From Lachnospiraceae bacterium (GTDB taxonomy: Bacteria; Bacillota; Clostridia; Lachnospirales; Lachnospiraceae): a stretch of 61,940 nucleotides of DNA. Made by a program: the position numbers and the translations under genes. Below are positions 29,549 to 38,204 of the stretch, one piece after another (the stretch's first letter is position 1; the number at the start of each line of letters is the position of its first letter). The stretch spans positions 1-61,940 of the forward strand of contig JAIEDW010000368.1 of the NCBI GenBank assembly GCA_029067805.1, written 5' to 3'. The notes under the pieces are model-generated. The model was not told the DNA's origin, did not search any database, and saw nothing but the letters and a program-made list of their open reading frames with translations.

Positions 29549-30619
29549 TCACGTTGCCCTTGATTGCCGCTCCTTTTGCAGTCGAAAAATCTCGCTTGCA
29601 ATTCGCCCCGCACCTTTTCCGTCAATTAAGCGGCGTTCCTGTTCATATAATAACATACGATACTTTTTGTCATTAACACATTTCTTCAGCGCCTCTACTG
29701 CCTTGCCAATCACGCAATCCCTGTCATCGCAAAAACACCCCACATTCACGATATCCGTAAGTTCCGCCAGCTCCTCCGCGCCCTGTCTTTGATTCTCCGC
29801 AAAATAAAACGCGATCATCGGCACGCCGAGCGCACTCACCTCATAAACGGTGCTTCCCGTTGCCGTAAGTACCACATCGCAACGTTTCATAAGCGCTTTC
29901 AGATCTTTCAGTCCCTCATGAATTACCACATTTTCATGTTCCCCATAAGTTTCCTTTAATCGATTAGCAAATGCATTGAAGGGTCCACTCACAATATGCC
30001 ATGTGATTACAGTTTCATCATCGCCACCGTAAAGCTCACGCTCCGCCGAGAGAAATGCATCCATAAACGCCCCCGCCGCAAAATAGGGGTCGCTACCGCC
30101 CGTAGTTATCATAACATCTGTTACTTTATCTTTTACTTGATAATCGATATCCTTTTGGAACACGCTTCTAAGAGGCATATACGCCGCCCCAAGAAGCGTA
30201 TTAAGCGGTTTTCCGTTTAACCGATACTTCTCTCTCAGCTTCGGCGCATAAAGATTATAATTAATCAACAGATCAACCGGATAAGGCACTCCCATATCCT
30301 CAAGACATACCGTAAATGCAAGCTCCGAAACCGCCTCAAAATATGCCGTATCCGCCTGGTAGCTGTCCACAAGCAAAATATCCCGTTCCAATAATTGTTG
30401 TAGCCGAGGAAGTTCGCTCATCATATTTTTGTAATCCGTATGCAATACAGTCACACGAAATCCCCGCTCCTCTATCATTCCGCAACATCCTTCGTCCGCC
30501 ACAAGAAACACAGGTTCATATTCAGCGCCAAGCGCCACAGCAGCCTCCGCAATTGAAAGGCAGCGCATGATATGTCCCATTCCAATCTGCGTATTGCCGT
30601 CCGCACGAATGTATAACAT
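29549..30619 (-). CDS. pseG: UDP-2,4-diacetamido-2,4,6-trideoxy-L-altropyranose hydrolase
   Basis: IRADGNTQIGMGHIMRCLSIA, VDSY, GGSDP, GSTVYE, AENQ, IDGKGAGRI. Confidence 0.9.
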   Translation of the reverse strand: MLYIRADGNTQIGMGHIMRCLSIAEAAVALGAEYEPVFLVADEGCCGMIEERGFRVTVLHTDYKNMMSELPRLQQLLERDILLVDSYQADTAYFEAVSELAFTVCLEDMGVPYPVDLLINYNLYAPKLREKYRLNGKPLNTLLGAAYMPLRSVFQKDIDYQVKDKVTDVMITTGGSDPYFAAGAFMDAFLSAERELYGGDDETVITWHIVSGPFNAFANRLKETYGEHENVVIHEGLKDLKALMKRCDVVLTATGSTVYEVSALGVPMIAFYFAENQRQGAEELAELTDIVNVGCFCDDRDCVIGKAVEALKKCVNDKKYRMLLYEQERRLIDGKGAGRIASEIFRLQKERQSRAT

Positions 30620-30651
30620 ATTTTTTTGCTCCTTTCCCTACTTGCGTTGTT

Positions 30652-31344
30652 TTATTTTAATGTTTTTCGTATCAGCATAAACGCCTCCGCACGCTGCATT
30701 CCCGCCGCCATACCCCGCGATTTGGATTGCACGTCCATTCCCGCAAGGCTTCTGGGATGCGGAAACTCGCAAAGTTCTGACACATAACACTTCATCGCGT
30801 CTTCCTTGCGCGCATAATAATCCGTAATATCCACAAATACATTGGGACTAAACGCCGCCTGCAGCGTATGGTCAAAATTCCACTCTGAAGAAGAAAGCGT
30901 TTCAAATGCATAAAGTTCTTCCACGCAGTAATCGCCGATCGGTCTTGTCGCCGTAAGCACAGCACGCGCCGTATACTGATGGTCAACGTTTAAATCACCG
31001 CTGTAATGCGTATAGATAATCTGCGGCTTTAATTCCCGAATCTTTTCTTCCACTGCCTTCACAATATCCAGCAGATCAACCTCGTCAAAACGATTGTCGG
31101 GAAAATCCGCAAAAAAGACTTCACGAAATCCGATTACTTTTGCGCTCTCCAACGTATTTTTATGAAGTTCTTCCACTGTTTCTCTGTCAATATCCTCCCG
31201 CTGTGTACCGCGCGATGTCTGGCCTTCACCCAAAATCATCGCGTACACAGCGTCACCTTCCGCGACATGCCTTGCCGCGGTCGCGCCAACGCCGAGAATC
31301 TCATCATCCGGGTGCGCCGCTACGATCAATACTGTTTTCATCAT
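30652..31344 (-). CDS. PIG-L/LmbE family de-N-acetylase
   Basis: AAHPDDEILG, DFPDN, THYSGDLNVDH, HPRS...AEAF. Confidence 0.92.
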   Translation of the reverse strand: MMKTVLIVAAHPDDEILGVGATAARHVAEGDAVYAMILGEGQTSRGTQREDIDRETVEELHKNTLESAKVIGFREVFFADFPDNRFDEVDLLDIVKAVEEKIRELKPQIIYTHYSGDLNVDHQYTARAVLTATRPIGDYCVEELYAFETLSSSEWNFDHTLQAAFSPNVFVDITDYYARKEDAMKCYVSELCEFPHPRSLAGMDVQSKSRGMAAGMQRAEAFMLIRKTLK

Positions 31345-32038
31345 ATTCCCCCATTTGTTTCTTAAAAATCACTCTTGCCGAAAGCTCCTGTCCGTCCGCC
31401 GAAACCCCCGCCTGTTCAAATTCCAGTCTGTAACCGCCAAACTCCATATATGCCCTCGGATATCCTTCCGCATCAAGCATTCTGATGTAATCATAAATTT
31501 TATCCAATTCCATATCGGGTGTTATTCGTCCTTCTTCCGGTTTTCTCCGTTTAAAAACGACCGGTTCACCCTCCTGTGGCTTTGGCTCAACTTTCTCTGA
31601 TAAAAATACCGGAAGCATTTCCCGAAAAATAATATCCGCACAGCGCACAAAAATTTCCTGCGCGCTTCCTTCAAGCGACAATGGACGCTTCATATAGACA
31701 GGTCCACCGTCAAGTTTCTGCGTCACCTTGATCGCTGATATTTTTGTCTCCTTATGTCCGCGCACAATCAGATTTTGTAACGGACTGCCACCGCGCCCGT
31801 ACGGTAAATCCGTCATATGAAATACGACACACTCATAATTGTCCGTAATCTCATTGGAAACCAAATAGGACCAATGCGGCATAAAAATATAATCCGGATT
31901 AAAATCACGCACGTTATCTATCGTATATTCTTCCTTGGTTGTATAGATCACAATATCGTGAACGCTCTCATACTGCTTTTGCAACGCTTTTGCACGCTCA
32001 ATATTCCATGATTTCACAGTCGCAATTATAATTCTCAC
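31304..32038 (-). CDS. Formyltransferase (Fmt-like sugar N-formyltransferase)
   Basis: FHMTDLPYGRGGSPLQN, LDGGPV, IRMLDAEGYPRA. Confidence 0.88.
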   Translation of the reverse strand: MRIIIATVKSWNIERAKALQKQYESVHDIVIYTTKEEYTIDNVRDFNPDYIFMPHWSYLVSNEITDNYECVVFHMTDLPYGRGGSPLQNLIVRGHKETKISAIKVTQKLDGGPVYMKRPLSLEGSAQEIFVRCADIIFREMLPVFLSEKVEPKPQEGEPVVFKRRKPEEGRITPDMELDKIYDYIRMLDAEGYPRAYMEFGGYRLEFEQAGVSADGQELSARVIFKKQMGEYDENSIDRSGAPG

Positions 32039-32061
32039 TCGCGCACTCCTCTCAGCCCATT

Positions 32062-32095
32062 TGTATAGAAAATGACTTTCGTCATTTCCTATACA
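32062..32095 (-). repeat. Hairpin family 2, copy 1
   Basis: mRNA sense UGUAUAGGAAAUGAC-GAAA-GUCAUUUUCUAUACA: 15-bp stem with one G-U and a GNRA loop, immediately after the stop at 32096. Confidence 0.75.
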
Positions 32096-32548
32096 TCATA
32101 AGCAAAATTCATATTGTATATAATCTATCATTTCTCTTTTCGCAAAGCCACATTTTTCAAACGCTTTTGCAGACGCCGGATTTTCATACTTCACCTGTCC
32201 TATTAATTTAATTGCATTAGATATTTTATCTGCGGTAATCTGCTCCTTTACCAACTCTAACAGTTTACTTCCAAAGCCTTTCCCCCGATGTTCTGCCGAA
32301 ATGCTGTAATCAATCAATGCTTCGTTGCCCTCAACATTCAGTCGTATCTGTCCTATCGGTAATTCCCCCTGATACAAAATGTACTGATACACAGACGAAT
32401 CTTCCAGCATTTTGGCGAACCACTTTACATGATTTTCATAGGGAATCGGCTCCGTATGGAAAGCATTCTTCCGAACATCCGGATCATTTGCCCATTCATA
32501 TAACAAATCCACATCTGCCGGATTCACCTTTCGCAACGATAAACACAT
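32096..32548 (-). CDS. GNAT N-acetyltransferase, PseH-like
   Basis: LRKV...D..LLYEWAND..VR, GQIR, RGKGFG, N.AS..AFEK.GF; lies in the pse cluster; true start 32548. Confidence 0.8.
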   Translation of the reverse strand: MCLSLRKVNPADVDLLYEWANDPDVRKNAFHTEPIPYENHVKWFAKMLEDSSVYQYILYQGELPIGQIRLNVEGNEALIDYSISAEHRGKGFGSKLLELVKEQITADKISNAIKLIGQVKYENPASAKAFEKCGFAKREMIDYIQYEFCL

Positions 32549-32576
32549 ATCAATAACAATACTCCTTCCACAGTCT

Positions 32577-32633
32577 GCGAATTTGTGCCTCTGCACAAAT
32601 TTGCCGGTTGAAAAATCTCTGATTTTTCAATCT
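32577..32633. repeat. Hairpin family 1, copy A (double hairpin)
   Basis: gcgaatttgtgc-ctct-gcacaaatttgc followed by ggttgaaaaatc-tct-gatttttcaatc, abutting the pseI stop. Confidence 0.85.
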
Positions 32634-33683
32634 TTATTCAATATCCTCAAACGCCAACGGCGTTCCACGCTTGATATCATGCTTTGCCGTCTTTCCGAGC
32701 ATTTCCTTGTAATACTTCGGCTTTAACCCGTACGCCGGACGAATGCTCCTAATATTTTCGGCGGTAAACTTCTCTCCCGCTTTGATATCCTCCACCACAA
32801 ACAGTGAGCGCCGAAAGCACGCATTCGATTCCTCCTGTTTTGACACGCCATATGCCACCGTTCCCATTGCCTTCTCAACCTCGCGCACCTGTTCCACCAT
32901 TTCCCGAAATTCATCCGGTTCCATCGAAAACGACGAATCGGGATTTTTGATTGCGCGGCTGATGCAGAAATGCTTCTCGATAATATTCGCTCCCATAGCG
33001 ACTGCTGTTGTCGCGCTAAAGATTCCCATGGAATGATCGGAAAGTCCGATTGGGATGTCAAACCGTTGTTTTAAATCACAGATTGTCCGCAAATTCATCT
33101 CCTCACTCTTTGCGGGATATGCACTCGAACACTTCATCAATGCAAGCTGCCTGTTTCCTGTGGCATATATTGCATTGACCGCCTCCTCAATCTCCGCAAG
33201 CGTTGCCATTCCGGTTGACATAATAATCGGTTTGTTCTTTGACGCAATATACTCCAACAACGGAATATCCACAAGCTCAAAGGATGCCACTTTATAAAAA
33301 CACAGACCTAGCTCCTCCAAAAAATCAACTGAGGTATTATCAAACGGCGTGGAAAGAAAATCAATCCCCACTTTTGCCGCCTCATCACGCAGCTTGTCCT
33401 GCCACTCCCACGGCGTATACGCTTTCTGATACAAAGAATACAGATTTTCACCTTCCCAGGTGCCCTTTGAAATATTGAAATATTCATTATGACAATCAAT
33501 CGTCATCGTATCCGGCGTGTAGGTCTGTATCTTGACGCAGTCCGCCCCTGCTTCCTTCGCCACATGAATCATCTCAAAGGCACGCTCAATACTTCCCGCA
33601 TGATTTGCCGACATTTCAGCGATAATATATGCCGGCGCCCCATCTCCTACCGCTCTCCCGTTAATCTTGATCATATTGCTCAT
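32634..33683 (-). CDS. pseI: Pseudaminic acid synthase
   Basis: IIAEMSANH, KIQTYTPDTMT, TPWEW, STPFD, KVASFE, GLSDH, IEKHF, C-terminal SAF domain. Confidence 0.93.
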   Translation of the reverse strand: MSNMIKINGRAVGDGAPAYIIAEMSANHAGSIERAFEMIHVAKEAGADCVKIQTYTPDTMTIDCHNEYFNISKGTWEGENLYSLYQKAYTPWEWQDKLRDEAAKVGIDFLSTPFDNTSVDFLEELGLCFYKVASFELVDIPLLEYIASKNKPIIMSTGMATLAEIEEAVNAIYATGNRQLALMKCSSAYPAKSEEMNLRTICDLKQRFDIPIGLSDHSMGIFSATTAVAMGANIIEKHFCISRAIKNPDSSFSMEPDEFREMVEQVREVEKAMGTVAYGVSKQEESNACFRRSLFVVEDIKAGEKFTAENIRSIRPAYGLKPKYYKEMLGKTAKHDIKRGTPLAFEDIE

Positions 33684-33718
33684 GTTTCCCCCCTTATCTC
33701 TCGCTATAACGCAAACCG

Positions 33719-34420
33719 TTATCCGTTTTTCCCTTCTCCATGCAATAAACGGTACTTCATTTCCGCAATTTCCCAGTCCTCGGGCGTGTCAATGTCCTGT
33801 ACCGTCATTTCATCTTGAATAAACGGCGCTACATTCTCCATCCAGATTGCTTTCTGCTGCTTAAAACTTTCCACATTGAGGCAGTAAAACTGCCCGCAGT
33901 CATGATAGAGCGGCTCCAAATCCTGCGAACGCATGTTCATGCATTCTTTCCACTTTGGCACAATTCTGCCGTCCTCGATGACTACACCGCGCTGCGGTGG
34001 AAACGAGAACTTCACAACCGGGATTACACAATCAGCGTGCTCCTGTTCTAAAAGTTGCATCGCCGTCTTTATCGCATCCCCCGTCACAAACGGCGCAGTG
34101 GGATAGATACAGCACGCCCTGTCAAAGCATACTCCCTGTTCTTCATAAGTGTTTAACACCTCGTCCACCACGTCTGCCGTTGAAGCAAAATCATTTGCTG
34201 TTTTTTCACTCCTCAAAAACGGCACTTTTGCCCCTGCCGCCTTCGCCACATTAGCAATCTCCTCATCGTCCGTGGAAACCATAACCTCATCAAAAATATC
34301 AGCCGCAAACGCCGCCGCGATACTGTATTCCAGTATGGGTCTTCCTAAAAACGGCTTTATATTCTTTCGGGGAATTCGCTTACTGCCTCCCCTTGCTGTA
34401 ATGATTGCGACACTTTTCAT
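33719..34420 (-). CDS. pseF: Pseudaminic acid cytidylyltransferase
   Basis: ARGGSKRIPRKNIK, VSTDD, IYPTAPF, RSQDL, YHDCGQFY, QDIDT.EDW. Confidence 0.92.
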   Translation of the reverse strand: MKSVAIITARGGSKRIPRKNIKPFLGRPILEYSIAAAFAADIFDEVMVSTDDEEIANVAKAAGAKVPFLRSEKTANDFASTADVVDEVLNTYEEQGVCFDRACCIYPTAPFVTGDAIKTAMQLLEQEHADCVIPVVKFSFPPQRGVVIEDGRIVPKWKECMNMRSQDLEPLYHDCGQFYCLNVESFKQQKAIWMENVAPFIQDEMTVQDIDTPEDWEIAEMKYRLLHGEGKNG

Positions 34421-34444
34421 CTGCAGACCTCCAACTTTCTAAAT

Positions 34445-34512
34445 CGAGCAGAGAACAAAGTTCCCTGCTCGCGCCGACAACGCGCAAAAGGAAACGACAA
34501 AAGTCGTTTCCT
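34445..34512 (-). repeat. Two hairpins after pseC; the stop-proximal one is hairpin family 2, copy 2 (possible weak terminator)
   Basis: mRNA AGGAAACGAC-UUUU-GUCGUUUCCU then UUU; second hairpin CGAGCAGGGAAC-UUU-GUUCUCUGCUCG with one G-U. Confidence 0.7.
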
Positions 34513-35704
34513 ATACCTTATAATATGCAACAATCTTTTCCACTGCCGCAATCACGTCCGCTACATCATCATCTGTAAGCGAATAGTAAAGCGGCAGACT
34601 TAAAATCTCATTGTAAAGCTTTTCCGCATTCGGACAAAGTCCTTTTTGATATCCGAGCTTTTCGTAATGCGGATGCCAATACACAGGGATGTAATGCACG
34701 TTACATGCAATGTTCTCCGCCGCAAGCGCCTCAAAAAAGCCTCTCCTGTCAATCTTTAACCGTTCCGGCACAATGCGCAGAATGTACAAATGCCTTACCG
34801 TATCCGATTCCGCAATTTCCTCCTGTACAAAAAGCTCCGGCAATTTGCGAAATGCTTCATTATACCGCTCCACAATCTCCCTGCGTCTTTTCGCAAAGCG
34901 CTCCAGTTTATCAAGCTGGCTTAAAATCAACGCACACTGAATATCCGTAATGCGGTAATTATATCCCAAATCAATCTGCTCATGGTACCACGGTCCATGG
35001 CTTTCGTTTTCATAAAAGCGTTCTTCTTTCGTAATGCCGTGAGAACGAAACAGCAATAACTTTTGATATAAATCCTCGCGATTTGTGAGCACTGCGCCAC
35101 CCTCACCGCCTGTCACGGTTTTTACGGGGTGGAAACTAAAGGTCGTCATGTCTGCAATGCTTCCGATTGGTTTTCCGTTATATTTTGTACCAATAGAATG
35201 TGCGCCGTCCTCAATCAGAACGAGCCCTTTTTGATGACACAGTTCCAATAACGGGTCAAGCTCCACTGCTTGACCTGTAAAGTCAACAGCGACGACTGCC
35301 TTTGTCTTTTCCGTAATCTTTTCCGCGACGCTTTGCGGACTAATATTGTATGTTCTCGGATTAATATCCGCAAACACAGGCTTTGCGCCGCAGTAAAGCG
35401 CACAGTTTGCCGATGCCGCAAACGTAATCGGCGTCGTGATCAGCTCGTCGCCCTCTCCCACGCCTGCCGCAAGCGCCGCAATATGGAGCGCAGCCGTACC
35501 GTTGCTGCACATCACGGCATATTTTGCTCCCGTAAGTTTACATAACCTCTCTTCAAGTTCCGTAATCTTCGGACCGCACGTGAGATAATCGCTCACTAAC
35601 ACTTCTGACACTGCTTTTACGTCCGCATCGTCAATATACTGATGTCCATAAAACAATTTCGTTTCCCTGACGGAAGTACCGCCTTCTATCGCCGGTTTTT
35701 CCAT
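34511..35704 (-). CDS. pseC: UDP-4-amino-4,6-dideoxy-N-acetyl-L-altrosamine transaminase
   Basis: YGHQYID, LTCGPKI, NGTAALH, TFAASANC, FSFHPVKTVTGGEGG, GYNYRITDIQ. Confidence 0.92.
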   Translation of the reverse strand: MEKPAIEGGTSVRETKLFYGHQYIDDADVKAVSEVLVSDYLTCGPKITELEERLCKLTGAKYAVMCSNGTAALHIAALAAGVGEGDELITTPITFAASANCALYCGAKPVFADINPRTYNISPQSVAEKITEKTKAVVAVDFTGQAVELDPLLELCHQKGLVLIEDGAHSIGTKYNGKPIGSIADMTTFSFHPVKTVTGGEGGAVLTNREDLYQKLLLFRSHGITKEERFYENESHGPWYHEQIDLGYNYRITDIQCALILSQLDKLERFAKRRREIVERYNEAFRKLPELFVQEEIAESDTVRHLYILRIVPERLKIDRRGFFEALAAENIACNVHYIPVYWHPHYEKLGYQKGLCPNAEKLYNEILSLPLYYSLTDDDVADVIAAVEKIVAYYKV

Positions 35705-35725
35705 ATCACATTCAGTCCTTTCCAA

Positions 35726-36721
35726 TTAAGCGTGAAGGTCTGTCTTTAAAAGTGCTCTGATCTGCTCCACCGTAAGCCACTGTGTATTGTTTCCCGAAGA
35801 ATAATAAAATCCCTCTTCAACCTTTCTGCCGCTCGGATTCGGACGCTTTGACTCCTGCCAGAACATCTGTGGATAAATGATAAAATGCTTGTCATACTCG
35901 TATGTCGTCATCGAATCCTCTGAGGTCACCATCACCTCATGCAGCTTTTCACCGGGTCTGATGCCCGTTTCTATCGTCTTGATGCCCGGAGCCATTGCCT
36001 CTGCAAGATCTGTCACCTTAAACGACGGAATCCTGCTGATAAAGGTTTCTCCGCCCTTAGCCTCAGCAAGCGCCTTGATTACAAGCTCGACACCCTCTGT
36101 CAGACTGATCCAGAAACGCGTCATACGGTAATCCGTAATCGGAAGCTCCTTTGCGCCCTCGTCAATCAACTGCTGAAAAAACGGAATAACAGATCCACGG
36201 CTTCCCGCAACGTTACCGTATCTTACAATCGAAAAATTCAAATCCTTGTTTCCGCAGTACGCGTTTGCAGCGATGAAAAGCTTATCTGATACAAGCTTTG
36301 TACCGCCATACAGATTGACAGGATTAACCGCCTTATCCGTAGAAAGCGCAACCACTTTTTTAATTCCCGTATTGAGTGCTGCATCAATGACGTTCTGTGC
36401 ACCGTTTACATTGGTCTTGATCGCCTCGTTCGGATTATACTCACATGCGGGCACCTGTTTTAATGCCGCCGCGTGAATCACATAGTCAACGCCCTCAAAC
36501 GCGCGCTTCATACGCTCATAGTCACGCACATCACCGATAAAGAAGCGCAGCTTGTCCTTGTATTGGGCAAACTCGTTCGCCATCATCCACTGCTTAAACT
36601 CATCTCTCGAATAAATAATAATCTTCTTTGGTTTGTAATGTTCAAGCACATATTTTGTAAAGCAATGCCCGAATGAGCCTGTACCGCCTGTTATCAATAT
36701 TGTTTTATCATCCAATAACAT
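35726..36721 (-). CDS. pseB: UDP-GlcNAc 4,6-dehydratase (inverting)
   Basis: TGGTGSFG, YSRDEFKQ, HAAALKQVPACEYNP, STDKAVNPVNLYGGTKL, RYGNVAGSRGSV, MTRFW. Confidence 0.95.
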   Translation of the reverse strand: MLLDDKTILITGGTGSFGHCFTKYVLEHYKPKKIIIYSRDEFKQWMMANEFAQYKDKLRFFIGDVRDYERMKRAFEGVDYVIHAAALKQVPACEYNPNEAIKTNVNGAQNVIDAALNTGIKKVVALSTDKAVNPVNLYGGTKLVSDKLFIAANAYCGNKDLNFSIVRYGNVAGSRGSVIPFFQQLIDEGAKELPITDYRMTRFWISLTEGVELVIKALAEAKGGETFISRIPSFKVTDLAEAMAPGIKTIETGIRPGEKLHEVMVTSEDSMTTYEYDKHFIIYPQMFWQESKRPNPSGRKVEEGFYYSSGNNTQWLTVEQIRALLKTDLHA

Positions 36722-36761
36722 ATATGTTCCTCCATCATTGTTTCACTACATAATCAGACTC

Positions 36762-36790
36762 AGTTTACCATATATTTCCGGAAACGTCAA
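36762..36790 (-). promoter_or_regulatory. Putative sigma-A promoter for the pse cluster
   Basis: TTGACG-N17-TAAACT with extended -10 TGn, ~40 bp upstream of pseB. Confidence 0.75.
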
Positions 36791-36794
36791 AATA

Positions 36795-38183
36795 TCATTC
36801 ATCAAAAACAAGATTCGCCGTAACACTTTTTGTAATCTTATCATAAACAACAATATTCCATTTGCTCTCCGGCTGATAATATTCCACCCCGTCAATCAAA
36901 GTTTGGTAGACATCACCAAGCTTTGACAGTACCAGTTCGCTTTTACCGATTTTCATATGGTGGATACCGTTATCCTCCCACTGTACATGCAGTGTCATTT
37001 TACGGTTTTGATACACCCACTGCTGTACCCGGCTGTCTTTTTCACTGCCTGTACGCGTGACAATAATAACCAGATTTTCATCCTCCAAAAGTTGGCGAAA
37101 GCACTCTTCTGCTTTCGCAGCCGCCATAAAATCCTGCCATTCGCCCCTTCGCTTATAATCACACGCCCGATCCCACGAATTAAGCGCAGAATCCGCTCTT
37201 CTGTCTGTCAGCTCGTAATTTGCCTTTAAGTAATCCCCAAAATGCATTGTGACTTTCTTTGCCCCAAAGTCATTGAGATGATCACCATCTCTAAAATCAG
37301 CCGCGACATCAAACTCCAATTCTCCGTTATCATAAAGTTCATTGTAATCAATGAACAAAAGTCCGCGCTCATCTGCCAATGCTCTGATCGCTTTCGTTTC
37401 ATATTTGTGCCAGTTTTCCTTGGGGGATTTAAAGAGCAGCAATTCCACATTGTTTTTTTGACACAACTGTACAATCTCATCAAGACAGACGATATTGTCT
37501 TCCCCAATCCATGTTTCGCCCTCATAACCATAATCACTCATGTTTATGGCATATTCTGCCACGGACTGCGTTTCCAAATATCCCTTTGTATAGTTTGTCT
37601 TATCCTTGCCAAAATATGTGTAATCGGTTTTGCTTAACTCTTTCCAACGGTTGTGATAACGAAAAATCGGAAATACGTACGAAAAATATTCTGCATCTAA
37701 CTTTCCCACCGATTGATAAATACATTTGAGTTTGTCAACCGAAAGCGGAATATTCGTATACCCCCAGCGCAGTCCTGCTTCACTGCCGTTGTGGATACTA
37801 TCTCCCACCATCATGTTGATCTCAAGCGCAATGACCTTCGGTTTCTGTCTTTTCAACACCTCTTTAATATAAAGCTCCGAAATGTTCATAGGCTGTGACG
37901 AACTGCCAAAGTCATATGCCGCGATGCCATATTCCTCGTACAGCACAAGCGGATTGACGGTACAAAAGCTATTACTGCTGCCAACCACGACCACATCAAT
38001 ATCATTTTTCTTCTCTGCATAAAATCCGTCCACAATAGTCGTGGAATCTCCGATGAACTTTGCACACACGATTTCATTTGCCGCCGCAAGAACAAGACCA
38101 ATCCACAGGAAAAAGACCGTCACTGCTGCAACTCTGAAATATTTCTTTTTTTTCACAAAGCAAATCCCCCTCGAAACTGCCAA
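36795..38183 (-). CDS. Exported SGNH-like protein (AlgJ/PatB-type partner of the MBOAT)
   Basis: N-terminal TM/signal; VVVGSS block I; DxxH motif (RDGDHLN). Confidence 0.75.
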   Translation of the reverse strand: MAVSRGICFVKKKKYFRVAAVTVFFLWIGLVLAAANEIVCAKFIGDSTTIVDGFYAEKKNDIDVVVVGSSNSFCTVNPLVLYEEYGIAAYDFGSSSQPMNISELYIKEVLKRQKPKVIALEINMMVGDSIHNGSEAGLRWGYTNIPLSVDKLKCIYQSVGKLDAEYFSYVFPIFRYHNRWKELSKTDYTYFGKDKTNYTKGYLETQSVAEYAINMSDYGYEGETWIGEDNIVCLDEIVQLCQKNNVELLLFKSPKENWHKYETKAIRALADERGLLFIDYNELYDNGELEFDVAADFRDGDHLNDFGAKKVTMHFGDYLKANYELTDRRADSALNSWDRACDYKRRGEWQDFMAAAKAEECFRQLLEDENLVIIVTRTGSEKDSRVQQWVYQNRKMTLHVQWEDNGIHHMKIGKSELVLSKLGDVYQTLIDGVEYYQPESKWNIVVYDKITKSVTANLVFDE

Positions 38184-38204
38184 TTGCGCTGCTGCTATCC
38201 TTAT

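Noticed and set aside
31304-32038. Housekeeping methionyl-tRNA formyltransferase (fmt)
   Set aside because: It is shorter than Fmt, has a divergent motif, lacks def/priA context and is embedded in the pse cluster.
32549-32596. Identical N-termini MQRHKFA in ORFs 32096..32596 and 46123..47013
   Set aside because: An artefact of ORF calling through the family-1 hairpin repeat; better RBS-supported starts lie at 32548 and 46968.
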